Positions 23,804 through 36,249 are shown, numbered from the whole stretch's first letter. The stretch: DNA of 63,951 bases, filler included, from 14 parts of 14 records of this genome joined end to end with filler, not necessarily neighbours in it; one strand, 5' to 3'. Notes: a model not told the origin generated them from the sequence alone. A program made the numbers and translations.

Positions 23804-26618
23804 TTATGAGGTTCCTATTAAAGGCTGGCTTGACGCTAACTCAGTACTAGTCAAGTATTGCGGTGGAAAAAATACACCCCTTGTTCCACCATGATCGGGC
23901 TCTAGGGCTGGGCTACTCAAACCTAATACGCTAGAGTGAAGTCTTTGGCTTGCTAATGCGATCGCAGCCTGGTCCTCTGCATCTCTTTGGGATGTGATAG
24001 CACGCTCTAGCTGCGACTTAAGATCGGATCCCTCTCTTCTTGTCACTCTCAGCTGGTCTTCCACCTGCCAGGTGCCACAGGTGTTAGTCGGAGCGACCCA
24101 TAGTTCCACAGATTGATTCGCTGGGACAGGTGGATACCTCGTCTAAAGTTTGCTGTAAGTGCTCCTTTGCTTTACGCTCAACATCAAGGTCAGCCTTGTA
24201 TCTCTTCAATTGGACTTGACATACATGAAGTTCTTCAAACACACGCACATGGGCCTCGCGCAGTTGCCTTTGATTCGCGTCACTGCTGCGACACTTGTCC
24301 ACCAAGCTAGAATAATCCTTCTCTACTTTCAGCAGCTTTGCTTGTAAATCATCATTTCTAAAGCTGTCCAGCAGGTTCCTGAATTCCGTGATTTCTCCTG
24401 CAATTTTGGATTGTGCCGTGGTGAAGGTATCTTCCTGGCTGCAAAGGACAGAGACAAGCCTCTGGCGCTCCTGCACAACAGCCATCTCATCCAACACACC
24501 TACCGAGGAAGGACTGAGAGAGGAAAGACCTGGTTTTGTAGTTGCAACTGGCCTACTTTATCTTGTGTCAGGCTCAAGAGAGATCGGGTCGTTTGTGACT
24601 CCGCTTGTAGTCTCTCGACCTCTGCAGTCAAGCTGTCTGCATGCTGCGTACTTGCAGTTAATTTTGCTTGAATTTCACGAAATTCCTCACGAATTGATTC
24701 CTTCTTGTGGGACAGTTCCTGATCAAGTTTGTCAGCAAGACTCTGTGGGCCGTTTGTTAAATCCATAAAGCCCAGACTCCAATCTAAGGGCCTTGCTCTA
24801 CAAGATTGGCAAGCAGGTGCACCTGAATCGTCTTTTGCACCCAAGTGTCATGCTTGTCCTCACATGCTTGAACATGCTTTTTGGTAGCGACGTGCGCAGC
24901 TTTTTCCTGCTCTAATTCTAGCTGCAGAAGCCTTGTTTGCTCTTCCACTACTTGCTTCGTTTGTTGCAACTCCTTCAGCTTCGCTTGTGACACCTCCAAA
25001 GCCTCCCTGTTGTGCGTGTTTTGAGCTTCGTCAATCTCCTTTTCTTGTGACACGTGCGCCATTGCTACCTCGAGCTGTTTCTTGGATGACACAAGCTCTG
25101 AGCACTTGTCCTTCCATTGGTTTGCTTCCTTCTGACACAATATCAGCTTTGCTTCAAGAGTCTCGAGTTGGCCCTGCCGAAATCCAGTTGTTATGTACCA
25201 TAACTGTATCTATGCACCTTATTTTGCTGCACTGATTGCCGAAGAACTTCGTTTTGCTTTAATCTGAGTTTCGTGGCCTCTTCCTCTTTTTTGTGAGTGT
25301 TTAACTCCTGCTTGTGGCGTTCAGATGCACCCTGCAATTCCTGCCCAGTTCACAAACAACAACGTTTAGCACCAGACTAGGAGCACCTCAAGCTTTACCT
25401 GCATGAGCTGATGATTCCGTGCGGTCAGCTGGGCAATTCGCATCTCAGCAGCAGTTTGTTTCCCACGCTCACTTTGGAGAATTTCACTACACTCGTTGCT
25501 CATCTTGACAAGACGCGCATTCTCTAATTCCAGCTTTTCACACACCTGACAGGATAGCAATATCAAACCAATCTCAACCGAAGCAGTGGAGTGATATCTA
25601 CACACACCTCGGCGTGCTCTTTGCGCAGTTTAGTTTCTAAATCGGACACAGCTCTCATTCTCTCATTTGCATCATTGCTCGCTGCTGCTGAATGTTCGTC
25701 CCTCAAGGCCTCCAGTTGCTTTTTGCTAACCTCAGTCATGGCAGAGACCTGCTTTTCCAGCTGAGAGTTCTCTGTCCTCAACGAGTGCTCAATGTCGGTA
25801 TGGTGGGCCCGTTCGTGGATCAGGCGCGTTGCCGCATCGTTTGCAGTTACCTCTGCTCTGGCGTTTGCTTCTGCAGCTCTTGCCTCAGCTTCCATCAGCC
25901 TCGCCTACCAAAAAGTCACACCACCACAGATTCAAATGCCTTCACCTTGAGTCTTTCCATATCTGCAGATAAATTGGCTAGAGCCTGGTTAGCCTCTCGG
26001 GCGTGAGCCTGGCATCACGGATGGGCTGTTGGGCCTATTCAGCACATTACCTCCATCTCAGCGGCCCGATGATCAGCCTGCACAGTAGCAGAGGCCGCCT
26101 CGGCGAGATGGGCATGCAGCTCTTTGAGGTTCAGACCCTGAAAGTCCACACACGTGCTCAATGCCGTTGTCACTCTGGTTGCTGTAGCACCGAGAGAGGA
26201 TCGGCACCATCCGTTGAGCTCGGATTGGCGCTTGTTTGCGGGTGGGCATCTACGCGAGAGGGCGCTCGCTCAGAGACTGAACCGAAAACAGAAGCAACAG
26301 GTCAGCTGAAGAGCAACCCCGTGCAAGCACCTGTCTCGTGCCTTTTGGCATCCACCTTCCGATTTGCAGCTGTTTTCCTTTGCCGAGGCTTTCGTCTCCG
26401 AGGCCGTCTGGACTCTGAGCACAAATCCAGTGTGACTGCCAGTAAGGCCGGCAATCGTTTTACCGCTGATCTCTCGGTAGCCCTCAAGCTGCTGATCTAG
26501 CCCAGATCCATCCGACGACGAAGACAGCTGCCGACACTCAGCTGAGCCGATTGCGGGCGCTGTGACCTGGGCGTCAATGTCCAGCTCTCCGAGCAGCCCG
26601 GAGCCCCCCTGGTCGCAT
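23804..26618 (-). CDS. Multi-exon coiled-coil protein of unknown function
   Basis: Series of E/Q/K/L-rich heptad ORFs (25563-25895, 25366-25605, 24784-25140, 24500-24844, 24084-24497, 23804-24109) separated by short GT-AG introns. Confidence 0.55.
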
Positions 26619-27286
26619 GGTTCAGCCCAGCCACGCTGTGCGCACCCGCTGCTGGCCGCCCTGCGTCACGTAGTCCACTGACCGTCGCCGATTGACTGAG
26701 AGCGTTGATGTATCGCTGTCACTCTCGCTCTGTGCGGGCCACACAGAAGGTGAGAAGCAGCCCGAGGCTGACACGGCGGCGGAGCTCCTAGTAGGCAGGC
26801 ACCAGGCAGAGCCGGCTCTCGTCCACCCGCGGCACCCTCAGCGGCTGTCCCCTGCTGCTCCGGCGCGACCGCGACCGGGCAGCCGCTCCGGCCTGGGGCA
26901 GGCCAGCCGGTGGACCATCAAACAGCGAGAGACTAGGCCGGTCAAAGACGTCTAGCCGGCTGAGTCCGGCGCGATCAAAGCTCATGGCCGCCCGCCGCCT
27001 CNNNNNNNNNNNNNNNNNNNNNNNNNNNNNNNNNNNNNNNNNNNNTTAATTAATTAANNNNNNNNNNNNNNNNNNNNNNNNNNNNNNNNNNNNNNNNNNN
27101 NTGTCGCAGCACCCGTTTCTCTCTTGTCCTGGGTGGTGTTGGGTGAGAAATCTCTCCCCGACGACACTAGGATCCCTCGCTAGATTCCAAGGTGCCCTCG
27201 CCTGGCCAAGCGCTGAATCACACAACTTTGACTGCAGTGGGTGCTCAGCTTGTTCACGGGCCGACACGAGGCGCGAGCTGTGTGAT

Positions 27287-30200
27287 ATGGTTGACGACGA
27301 GGACTGGAAGGCCAGGGCGCTGGCGGCCGAGCAGCTGCTGCAGGCGTACCAGGAGGCCACCGCGCCCTGCCCCGAGCCGCCGAGCTGCGCGGCTGCAGAG
27401 GCCAAAACCTGGCGGGTGGGATACCAGGGCGAGCCGGGCGCCTACTCGGAGGCGTCCTGCAACGAGATGCTGAGCGGGCACGCCTGCGCGATCGGGTTCA
27501 AGTCGTTCGAGGACGTGTTCCAGGCCGTCGAGTCGGGCCGGGTCGACTTCGCGCTGCTGCCCGTGGAGAACTCGCTGGGCGGCTCGATCCACGCCAACTT
27601 CGACCTGATGCTGCGGTACAATCTGCACATCGTGGACGAGCACACCTTCCGGGTGCGGCACTCGCTGATGGCCCGGCACGGCACCCGCAAGCAGGACGTG
27701 CGGAAGGTCATGTCGCACCCGCAGGCGCTGGCCCAGTGCGACGAGTACATTCGCAGAGAAGGCTTCGAGCGCGAAGTGGCATACGACACGGCCGGCTCGG
27801 CCAAAATGCTGGCGGAGGGGCCGGCCGACCAGTACGCTGGAGTGGCAGCGATATGCTCGGCGCACGCGGCCGAGATTTATGGCCTGCAATTGATCGACCA
27901 GGGGATCGAAGACGACAACAACAACATGACTCGCTTCTGGCTGCTGGCCCCGCAGCCGGTGATGCCCACTCGGGCAGGCCCGAGCAAGACCTGCGTGGTC
28001 TTCTCGCCGCTTGAGCGCGAGGGCGGCGAGTCTGGGCTGCTGTTCAAGGCTCTGTCGGTATTTGCGATCAGGGACCTGAATATTTCCAAGTAAGCTCTCC
28101 GCATTCCGGCCGGCTGACTGGGCACAGGATCGAGTCCCGACCGGCGCCCCGGATCATCCTGCAGCAGGCGCTCCGCAACTATAACGGGCAGTGCAGCTGG
28201 GGCAGCTCGCTCGAGGAGCGAGTGTTCCAGTTCCTTTTCTACCTAGATGTGAACGCCGACGTGAGCAGCGTGGCCATGGCCAACGCGCTGCGGCACCTGG
28301 GCGAGATCGCGCCGTTCATTCGAGTGCTTGGCTCGTACACAGTGCGCACAGCAGTGCCCAGGGCACCACCGGGAGCCTCCATTAGTGATGATCTGAGCCT
28401 AATTAGTGAACCGAAGGAATCGCGGCTGACTGTCGCGATCGTGGGGTTCGGAAACTTTGGTCAGTTCCTGGCCAGGCACCTGGTGCAGTTAGGGCAGACG
28501 GTGTACGCCACCGACTTGCTCGACGATTGCAGCCAACAAGCAGCTCTGCTTGGTGTCAGGTCTGGTAGACGCTTGCTCGAGCTGAGCCCGGGGAGCAGGT
28601 ATTTTCACAAGGACCTGCAGGGAATGCTCGAGCTGCCGGTGGATGTGGTGGTATTGAGCGTCAGCGTGCTGTCGTTCGAGACGGTGCTCTCAAAAGAAGC
28701 GCTGCTACAGTTGCTCAAGGGCAAGCTGGTGGTTGATGTTCTCTCTGTCAAGAAGCACGCCAAGGACGTGATGCTCAAGTTGCTTGAGCCCGAGTGCGAC
28801 ATCTTATGCACGCATCCAATGTTCGGGCCCGAATCAGGCAAAACTTCTTGGATTGGACTACCCATGATGTACGAGAAGGTGCGGGCTGCTGCATCTAGTT
28901 TTGATGGGTGCGAAGGTGAGAATCACCGATCATCATCGGGCTGGCCGGTTCCTCTCCTTGTTTGAGGACAAGGGGTGTACAATGGTGCGTAATCAGCTGA
29001 TCTATTTGCTAGGCGAGGGGGCAGGTACCGATGTCATGCGAGAAGCACGATGAGCTAGCAGCGGGCTCTCAGTTTGTGACTCACCTAACCGGACGGGCGC
29101 TCTCAACTCTTGATTTGGCTGGCACCTTGATCGACACCCAGGGTTTCAAGTCGCTGTTGAGCATCATTGACAACACCACAAAGGATTCGTGGGACTTGTT
29201 TTCGGCACTTTACCTGTACAATGACCAGGCTCAGATACAACTAACCAAGCTCATCACGGCTTTCGAACAGACTCGCAACAGGCTTCAAGCAGTTGAATCT
29301 GACCAGCAGCTATATGCAATTTCTAGCAAGATCTGTCAGATGCAGCAATCTGTCACTGCTCAGGTGGGTGGCGAGCCCTGCACACAACTGACGCTTTAGG
29401 CTAGGTCACTGACCGAGCAATGGAGTTGAAGCGACAGGGCGTGGATGTGATATCGCTTTCTGTTGGTGAACCAGACTTTGGCCCACCTGAGGTAGGCAGC
29501 CGCCCCAGTCTTAGGGTTAGGGCAACTGAATTTGTTCTGTCTGCGGTGGTAGAATCTGAGGTGGTGCCGCAGTGTGTAGTTCAAGCCACTGGTGACGCTG
29601 CCAGAAATGGCTACACAAAATACTCAGCAACAGCAGGCACATTCGAGTTGAGAACTAAGATCAGTCAGCATCTGTGTTCAACACGGGGGCTCAGCTACTC
29701 TCCTGAACAAGTCTTACTTTCTGGGGGCGCCAAGCAGTCAATTTACCAGGCCATGATGGTCTGTTGCTCACCTGGAGATGAAGTAATCGTCGTGGCACCC
29801 TATTGGGTGAGCTATGTCGAGCAAGCCAAACTGGCTGGTGCAAATGTTGTTGTGATTCACACCACCGCAGATCAGGATTATCTAGCGACTGCTGAGCAGC
29901 TAGAGAAAGCGCTCACCCAGCAAAGTCGGCTCCTGGTGCTTTGTAATCCATCCAATCCCACAGGCGCTCTTTATAACTTGGAGCAACTCCAATCCATTGC
30001 AGAGGTCAGGACAACTGCCTGACGCTAGCTGAGGCTGAGGTTGCAGGTTGTGTCGAGCCATCCTCGACTGCTCGTGCTTGCTGACGAGATTTACGACGAG
30101 CTGTTGTATGACGGTGACAGTTCAGTGTAGGGAGTGCTCCTGTTGATGCACGTGCCAGGTGCCGAGCATGTGGCCTTTGCGACACTCCCTGGAATGATCG

Positions 30201-30795
30201 ACCGGACTCTTACGATCAACGGCTTCTCAAAAGCGTATGCAATGACTGGTTATAGGTTAGGGTATCTGGCGGGGCCCAAGCCAATCGTAGAGGCCTGTAC
30301 GAAACTGCAAAGTCAACTTTCATCCGGGCCATCGTCGATTGCACAGCACGCTGCCCTTTCTGCACTGAGTGACACCTCACCTGACTTCTTCTCTACCAAC
30401 ATGGAGACGTTCAAAGTTCGGCGGGATTTCGTTCTCGAGCAGCTGTCACAGGTCGCACACACAGGCTTTCTCACTCCGATATTGACACCTGGGCTATCTT
30501 GCAGGTGTCTCCGGCCGTCACATGTGTCAAACCACAGGCTGCATTCTACCTTCTTGTAGATGTTTCTTCTTGTGTCGGGCTTGTCACACCGCAAGGCACC
30601 ATTATCAAAGATTCTGTTGCACTCTGCGTTTTCCTACTGGAGTCTGCCAGAGTAGCGCTAGTTCCTGGCGAGGCATTCGGTTCACCAAAGACTCTCCGCA
30701 TTGCTTTCGCGGTCTCTATGACACTACTAGAAGAAGCCATGTCTCGACTCAAAAGCGCCTTTGCAACATTAAGCATTTCCCGTGCAAATGTATAA
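27287..30795 (+). CDS. Trifunctional fusion: prephenate/arogenate dehydratase + ACT, plant-type arogenate dehydrogenase (TyrA), class-Ib aspartate/prephenate aminotransferase
   Basis: GYQGEPGAYSE, PVENSLGGSI, SHPQALAQC, DTAGSAK, NMTRF and IESRP (PDT-ACT). GFGNFG, DVLSVK, THPMFGPESG and MSCEKHD..AAGSQF (TyrA). GEPDF, GAKQ, CNPSNPTG, DEIY and SKAYAMTGYRLG (PLP aminotransferase). Introns include 28090-28127, 28560-28598, 28879-28915, 28985-29024, 29364-29404 and 29492-29572. Confidence 0.88.
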
Positions 30796-30965
30796 TTGAA
30801 CTATGTACATGTATTAAATCAGTTATAGATTTTTAATGCCGCCTGTGTGTATGTGCGCACAAATGATGTACTGTATTCTGTTTTATAACTAACTGTTGAA
30901 AATAATCTACATACACGTACAAAACCATAACGACAGTTACGCGACCTATACGTAATTAGCCACCA

Positions 30966-32741
30966 CTACCGCCCACTTTGCTGGTGTTGCTGCTGCTGTC
31001 TCTTGCTCAAGGTTTCCATGCCAAATGAGCTGATCGGGTGGGTCACCCGCTGGGGTCCACGCCGCTCGTATACCTGCACCGTGCCGTCGTTGCGCCGGGC
31101 GAAGTCGTCTGCGAGGACCTCGAGCGGCGGCACCCGGCTGTTCACGACCCGCGGTGCGGGGGCAAGCGCCGCCTGGTTGGTCGAGGCCGCCGCCGTGACG
31201 CCGACGACGCGGTCTGACGCATGTGACGGCGGCTGGTACGGCTCGCTGCAGGGCGGCTGCGTGCGCGCTACTGCCTGCCAGAGTTCTGCGACGTATTCCC
31301 CGATGCCCGCCGCACCGGTCAGGCCCGTCGACCGGATTCCCGCGACAGTCACCCAGTTCTGGGTAGGGAACGCCTTGATCTGGTAGTCCCGGTGCTCCGT
31401 GGCGGGGCGCAGGCCGCTGTACGTCCCTAGGACGGACATCCCTCGCACCGCCGGCACCGCCCTCTCTCCGTAGGCCTGCAGCCGGGCGATCGTGGCTGGG
31501 TCCGTCGTCCTGTCCTCCCGGTCTTTCTGCGGCTCGGCGGTCGGGCCGACGATGATGTTCCCGTAGACCGTCTCCCACGCGATGACCCCTTTCGTAAATT
31601 GGGTGGCAACAGGCTCGATGATATGCGCAGGCGGTGCCGGCACGTCTTCTTCTTGCTCCCTGAGATTTTCTTGGTTGGTGCTCTCGCTGCCGCTAATAGG
31701 AGCAGGCCCGAACACTACGAACTGGCCCTTGCGGGGGGTAACGCTGAAGCTGACACTCGTGTCACCACAGCCACTACTGCCGTTTCTGCTCCCCTTTTCG
31801 CCACTCTCTTCCCTGGCGAGCGCGGCGGCACTGGCATCCGATGCCCGTATCCTCTCCACGACGTCGCCGTAGAGCCCGGCGCAATTGATCAAGACCCGAG
31901 CCTCGATGGTTTGCGCGTTGTTGTTGCTGCTGCTGTTGCCTGCTGTTGCCCTGTGCGGGCCGTGCACTAGCAACTCCCCCGGGCGGCTCCGTCCGCTTTG
32001 GTGGGCCGCGCTTCGCCGGGTCACGACCCGCCAGAGCCGAGCTGAGGCGTCGAACGCGGCGCCCACGACCTCCGTGGCAGGGCGGAGCGCAGCGCCGTGC
32101 AAGCGTGCGCTCTCCTCGTATCCGACAGGCACGAGCCAGGGCTCGACAACCGCTTCCCGGGGGCAGAGCACCGCGCCCAGGGCGGCGGGCGAGATTCCGG
32201 GCTCCAGCTCGATCAGCTGGTCCCGGCCCAGCAGCTCGGCCTCCTGGTCCCCCGCCTCCCGGTTCTCCTCAAGCACGGCAGGCAGCTTCTCGAGCTCCTC
32301 CGGCGTCCAGGCGACCACCAGCGACCCACTCTTGCGCACGTGGTCGTAGGACAGCCCGAAGCTGCGGTAAAGCGACGGGTGGCGCTGGATCGACCGCCGG
32401 AGCAACCGACGCTCCAGGCTGCCGGGCGGCGCGTCGTAGCCGGTGCAGCCCAATCCTGAATTCCCGGAGCTAGCCCCGGCTGCGAAGGTGTCCTCGCGCT
32501 CCAGTAGCACCACCGACGCGCCCCGGACCGCAAGTTCCCGCGCGACGGCAAGCCCCACCACGCCACCACCCACCACACCCACATCGTAGACCCCTCCGGC
32601 CGGCCGGCGCTCTAGCGCCGTCGTGTCAGCGGCCCGGCTGGGCTCGGCGGAGGCAGTTGTGCACGATGATGCGAAAGGAAAGAGGCTCACTGCCGCGGCG
32701 CAGCCGCCTCTGGCCGCCGCAAACCGCAGGGCAAACCGCAT
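30966..32741 (-). CDS. FAD-dependent oxidoreductase (GlpA / L-2-hydroxyglutarate oxidase-like), intronless
   Basis: YDVGVVGGGVVG Rossmann motif, GASSGNSG, INCAGLYGD, PRKGQF, GNIIVGPTAE, YSGLRPA, GIRSTGLT. Arg/Ala-rich N-terminus may be a mitochondrial presequence. Confidence 0.8.
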   Translation of the reverse strand: MRFALRFAAARGGCAAAVSLFPFASSCTTASAEPSRAADTTALERRPAGGVYDVGVVGGGVVGLAVARELAVRGASVVLLEREDTFAAGASSGNSGLGCTGYDAPPGSLERRLLRRSIQRHPSLYRSFGLSYDHVRKSGSLVVAWTPEELEKLPAVLEENREAGDQEAELLGRDQLIELEPGISPAALGAVLCPREAVVEPWLVPVGYEESARLHGAALRPATEVVGAAFDASARLWRVVTRRSAAHQSGRSRPGELLVHGPHRATAGNSSSNNNAQTIEARVLINCAGLYGDVVERIRASDASAAALAREESGEKGSRNGSSGCGDTSVSFSVTPRKGQFVVFGPAPISGSESTNQENLREQEEDVPAPPAHIIEPVATQFTKGVIAWETVYGNIIVGPTAEPQKDREDRTTDPATIARLQAYGERAVPAVRGMSVLGTYSGLRPATEHRDYQIKAFPTQNWVTVAGIRSTGLTGAAGIGEYVAELWQAVARTQPPCSEPYQPPSHASDRVVGVTAAASTNQAALAPAPRVVNSRVPPLEVLADDFARRNDGTVQVYERRGPQRVTHPISSFGMETLSKRQQQQHQQSGR

Positions 32742-33024
32742 AGACGGCGGTCAGGTGTTCAGTAAGCCCGAGTACCGGCGATGTGCGACCCGATGTGCCG
32801 GGGACGGCCCGCNNNNNNNNNNNNNNNNNNNNNNNNNNNNNNNNNNNNNNNNNNNNTTAATTAATTAANNNNNNNNNNNNNNNNNNNNNNNNNNNNNNNN
32901 NNNNNNNNNNNNTGCTCCAGGTAGCGGCCATTCTTTGCCGGCTGGCCAATAGTCCGGTCTCGGCGTCTCGGTCCAGGCGAGCTGCCGCTCCCATTCTGAG
33001 TAACGGACAATTGACCTACCCGCC

Positions 33025-34793
33025 ATGGCCCCCCACCGTGAGAGTGGTACGTCGATGGCGTGCGCCAATTGGAGTGTAAAGCTTGAAAGGGGGTTGGGGG
33101 AGCCGCTGTCGTTGGAAGAGCTCGAGAGGCTGGTGCCAAGGCTGGTCAGCTGTGAGCCCGAGGTGGCGATCAGCCAGGTGCGGGATTGGCCGGCGCTGGT
33201 GTCAGCCGGTGCGCAGGTAGGCAATCCAGACCTGCAGGCGAGGCTTCCGATAGGCAGCCTGGTGAGCGAGGTGAACGGCGAGAGCACTGTCGGGCTCGGA
33301 TACGACGAGACGATGGCCCAGATCCAGCAGGCAGCCCAGACTCGCCCGTTGCGGCTCAAATTCGAGTTCGAGCCTACAACTGTGGGCTTGGTGAACCTCT
33401 CTGGAGAGCTGGAGCACTCGTTCGAGTCGCCGGGGCCGCTCAATCTAGGATTCAGCCGTGCGCCGCCCGCTCCCCGGGGGCGGTGACCGGGGGGCAGAAC
33501 GGATTAAACTGCTGAACGACCAGGTTCAGTTGTACACCGACCTGGCGATGCCCAAGCTCGACTGGAAAGAGCGCCGGGTTGGTCCCTGGCTGCCGGCCAG
33601 ACTCACCGCCTGGACAGGACCACCGGCCCCGGCTGCAGATGCTTGAGCAGGCGGTGGCCTCGGCGGCCGCGACTTACACAACCGTGAGGCAAAACAAGCG
33701 CAGCCCCGAGCTCGAAAGAGACATGGCACCCAGCCCCCCGCTGAGCCTGGAGAATTCGGTGGACAAGCCGACGGGCAAGCCGGCCCTCGCACAGGAGGAA
33801 GCGCCAGCTGCGCCGGCTGAGGCTCAGCCCGAAGCGATTCACCCACGGCCAGGTTCGCTCACTTTGGACGGCAGCGAGCTCCCAATACTCGAGCTCAGCC
33901 CAGCTCAAGACGACAGCGCTCGCGACCTGAACCTGGCCACCGCGGATGAACCTGACAGCCCTCAGTCAACTACCTCAGTCAGCTCGAGGGCGCTCTCAGC
34001 TCGCGAGAGGAACTACATGTTGGGCCGGATGGTCGCGATGGAGACTCGCGTGTCTGTGCTCGAGGCCAGGTTGGTCAGCTTGGAGGAGGAGAATGCCAAG
34101 CTCAGGGAGAAGATGGAGCGCAAGTCGGACCAGCCGGCCAGTGGTGGGGCGTTGGGCGGGCTGGGCCAGACTTGGAGCTCGCTGCTGGTTTTGGAAGCGA
34201 GCATCAAGCTTAGAATGAATCCCTTCCAAACACGCAAGTCGGGCGCAATCATACAAAACATGCAGGCGGCGGGCTACAGCGACGCCCAGATCAATGATGT
34301 GTGCCGCGCTCTCTTCTTGGACCAGTCGGAGCAAGACATGCGGCTGGCCTGGAGGGTGTTCGACACGGACAATTCCGGCGTGCTTGAAAGGCAGGAATTC
34401 AGGGCAGCGCTGCCGTTGATGGGCGAGAATGTGCCGGCCGCCGAGATAGACAGGCTGTTCGATACGGCCGACACGAACGGGAGCAACACGATAGAATTTG
34501 ACGAGTTTGTCTTCCTTCTCAAAGCGATGAATCCAACGGTGCGTGGTGCCGTTTCCGGGGCACTGAGCCGACCGCAGGGGTCTGAGACGACTAGCCTGTT
34601 TAGCTTTGGCAACCGCACGGAGGGCGCCCCCGCGGAAGCGCGCAAGGACGGCATTGAGACCGATGGGCCAAGACCAAAGTTCGGCGGGCGCGGCAGGCTG
34701 GAGGAGCTGGAGGACGCAGATCTTTTTTTTGAAGGAGTGGAGGGCGCAGATCAGACGAGCGCGCGCAATGACAAGAGCTATAGCTACTACTAG
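33025..34793 (+). CDS. PDZ-like + coiled-coil + EF-hand pair protein
   Basis: GSLVSEVNGESTVGLGYDETMAQIQQA..RPLRLKF (PDZ-like). DTDNSGVLERQE and DTNGSNTIEFDE EF loops. Short introns link the ORFs. Confidence 0.65.
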
Positions 34794-35118
34794 GCTGTTC
34801 AAGCATCCCACCGGGCACCTCGCAGAGCATGAATTGCTGGTTTTTTCAGTAATGAGTAGTCCGAGGGCTCGGTCGGTGACTGAAGCGCGGGTAAGCTCAA
34901 TACAAGCAACTGTACATATTGCGTATAATTCTTCATGCTTTCGCTCGGGGTCAAGTAGCGTTCGCTCGGGCGTAGCTCGTGAGGCTATAGAAGGGGACGT
35001 AGACCGCCTTGATTTTGGGCTGACGCATCTCATTTCGAGCTAACAAAAATAGTGCGTTTAGTTAGGTACGACGTGGTACTCGCACGAGTACTCGTGTATA
35101 CAGTAGCGTAGCGCGTAG

Positions 35119-35918
35119 TCACAAGCGCGGCCTGATATCACTTGAGCACACTTCATGAGCACTATCCGCAAGTCGGACCGCGTCTTCCGCGCATCCCCAG
35201 TGCAAGGTCATGCCACTGCCGCCGTGACCGTAGCAATGAATGATCCGGGGCACAGTTGCGTCTTGCTCGAGCCGGACTCCTTGCTTCCTCACAGGGCGGA
35301 CTCCACTCCACGCCGTGTCCTGATCCCGCGGCACCCTCGCCAGCGCAGGGCACAGCTGCTCGCACCGCCGGCGGATACGCCCTGCTTCCTCAGCGGGAAT
35401 GCTAGTCGATTCCTGCTCAGTGCCAGCTGGCTCCTGCTCGTGTGTGCCTCCAAGCACCACTGTGCCGGCCTGGTCGCCCCGAGGCAGAACATACGCCAGA
35501 TCGCGCTCCTCGTCCGACAGGTCGACAACGAACCGTTGGAGCCTGACCCCGTGTGCCGCACTCTGTGCTTTGAGTGTGTGTCCCCTCACCGACACCATTG
35601 CGTCTGACCCCTCGCCGGCCAGCCCCGCCGCCGCCAGCCCCGCGCAATTTATCACCACGTCGAACCGCTCCACCAGCAGCGCCTCCAACTCAGCCCGCGA
35701 CCGGACCCGACCGGGGCGGGCCTGCCCGCCTAGGCTTTCGACCTGGTCAGCCAAGTACTTGAGGTAAGCCGGCGAGTCCATCATGAGCGACTCAAAGAAA
35801 ATCCCACGGCCGTACCGCTTACCGGTCCGCGCGCCGAATGAGGCCAGCTCGGACGCGGTCGCGGGACGCAGCGACTTGACAATATCAAACCAGAACGGCC
35901 GGGTCTCCTCCGGCTGGC
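35119..35918 (-). CDS. D-amino-acid/D-aspartate oxidase, 5' partial, C-terminal PTS1-like -PRL
   Basis: DSPAYLKYL, VVINCAGLAA, VRGH, YVLPR..VVLGGT, GVRPVR, IHCYGHGGSGMTLHWGCA. Confidence 0.85.
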
Positions 35919-36249
35919 NNNNNNNNNNNNNNNNNNNNNNNNNNNNNNNNNNNNNNNNNNNNTTAATTAATTAANNNNNNNNNNNNNNNNNNNNNNNNNN
36001 NNNNNNNNNNNNNNNNNNGTTTTAGGTAATCATTAACGTGCAATTCGTTTACAATTCATTATAAAATTTGGGATAGAGAGGTGCAAGATTCTCAGATGGG
36101 GCGGTATGACGAACGGATGAAGCTGCGGGAGTGCTCACAAGGTGGCCGCGAGCCGAATGTAGGCAGCAAAATTTGGCTGATGGGCCCACAACCAGCGATG
36201 CCCTGGCATCGCAGGACTTCCATCTCTTGGCGGGCTAGACTTGCAATCG

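Noticed and set aside
27143-30795. In-frame stops between domain fragments suggesting stop-codon reassignment or selenocysteine
   Set aside because: Each stop I examined falls inside a short intron; the standard code is sufficient.
35083-35096. 14-bp palindrome CACGAGTACTCGTG between convergent genes
   Set aside because: Short enough to arise by chance or from simple GTAC-rich 3' sequence.
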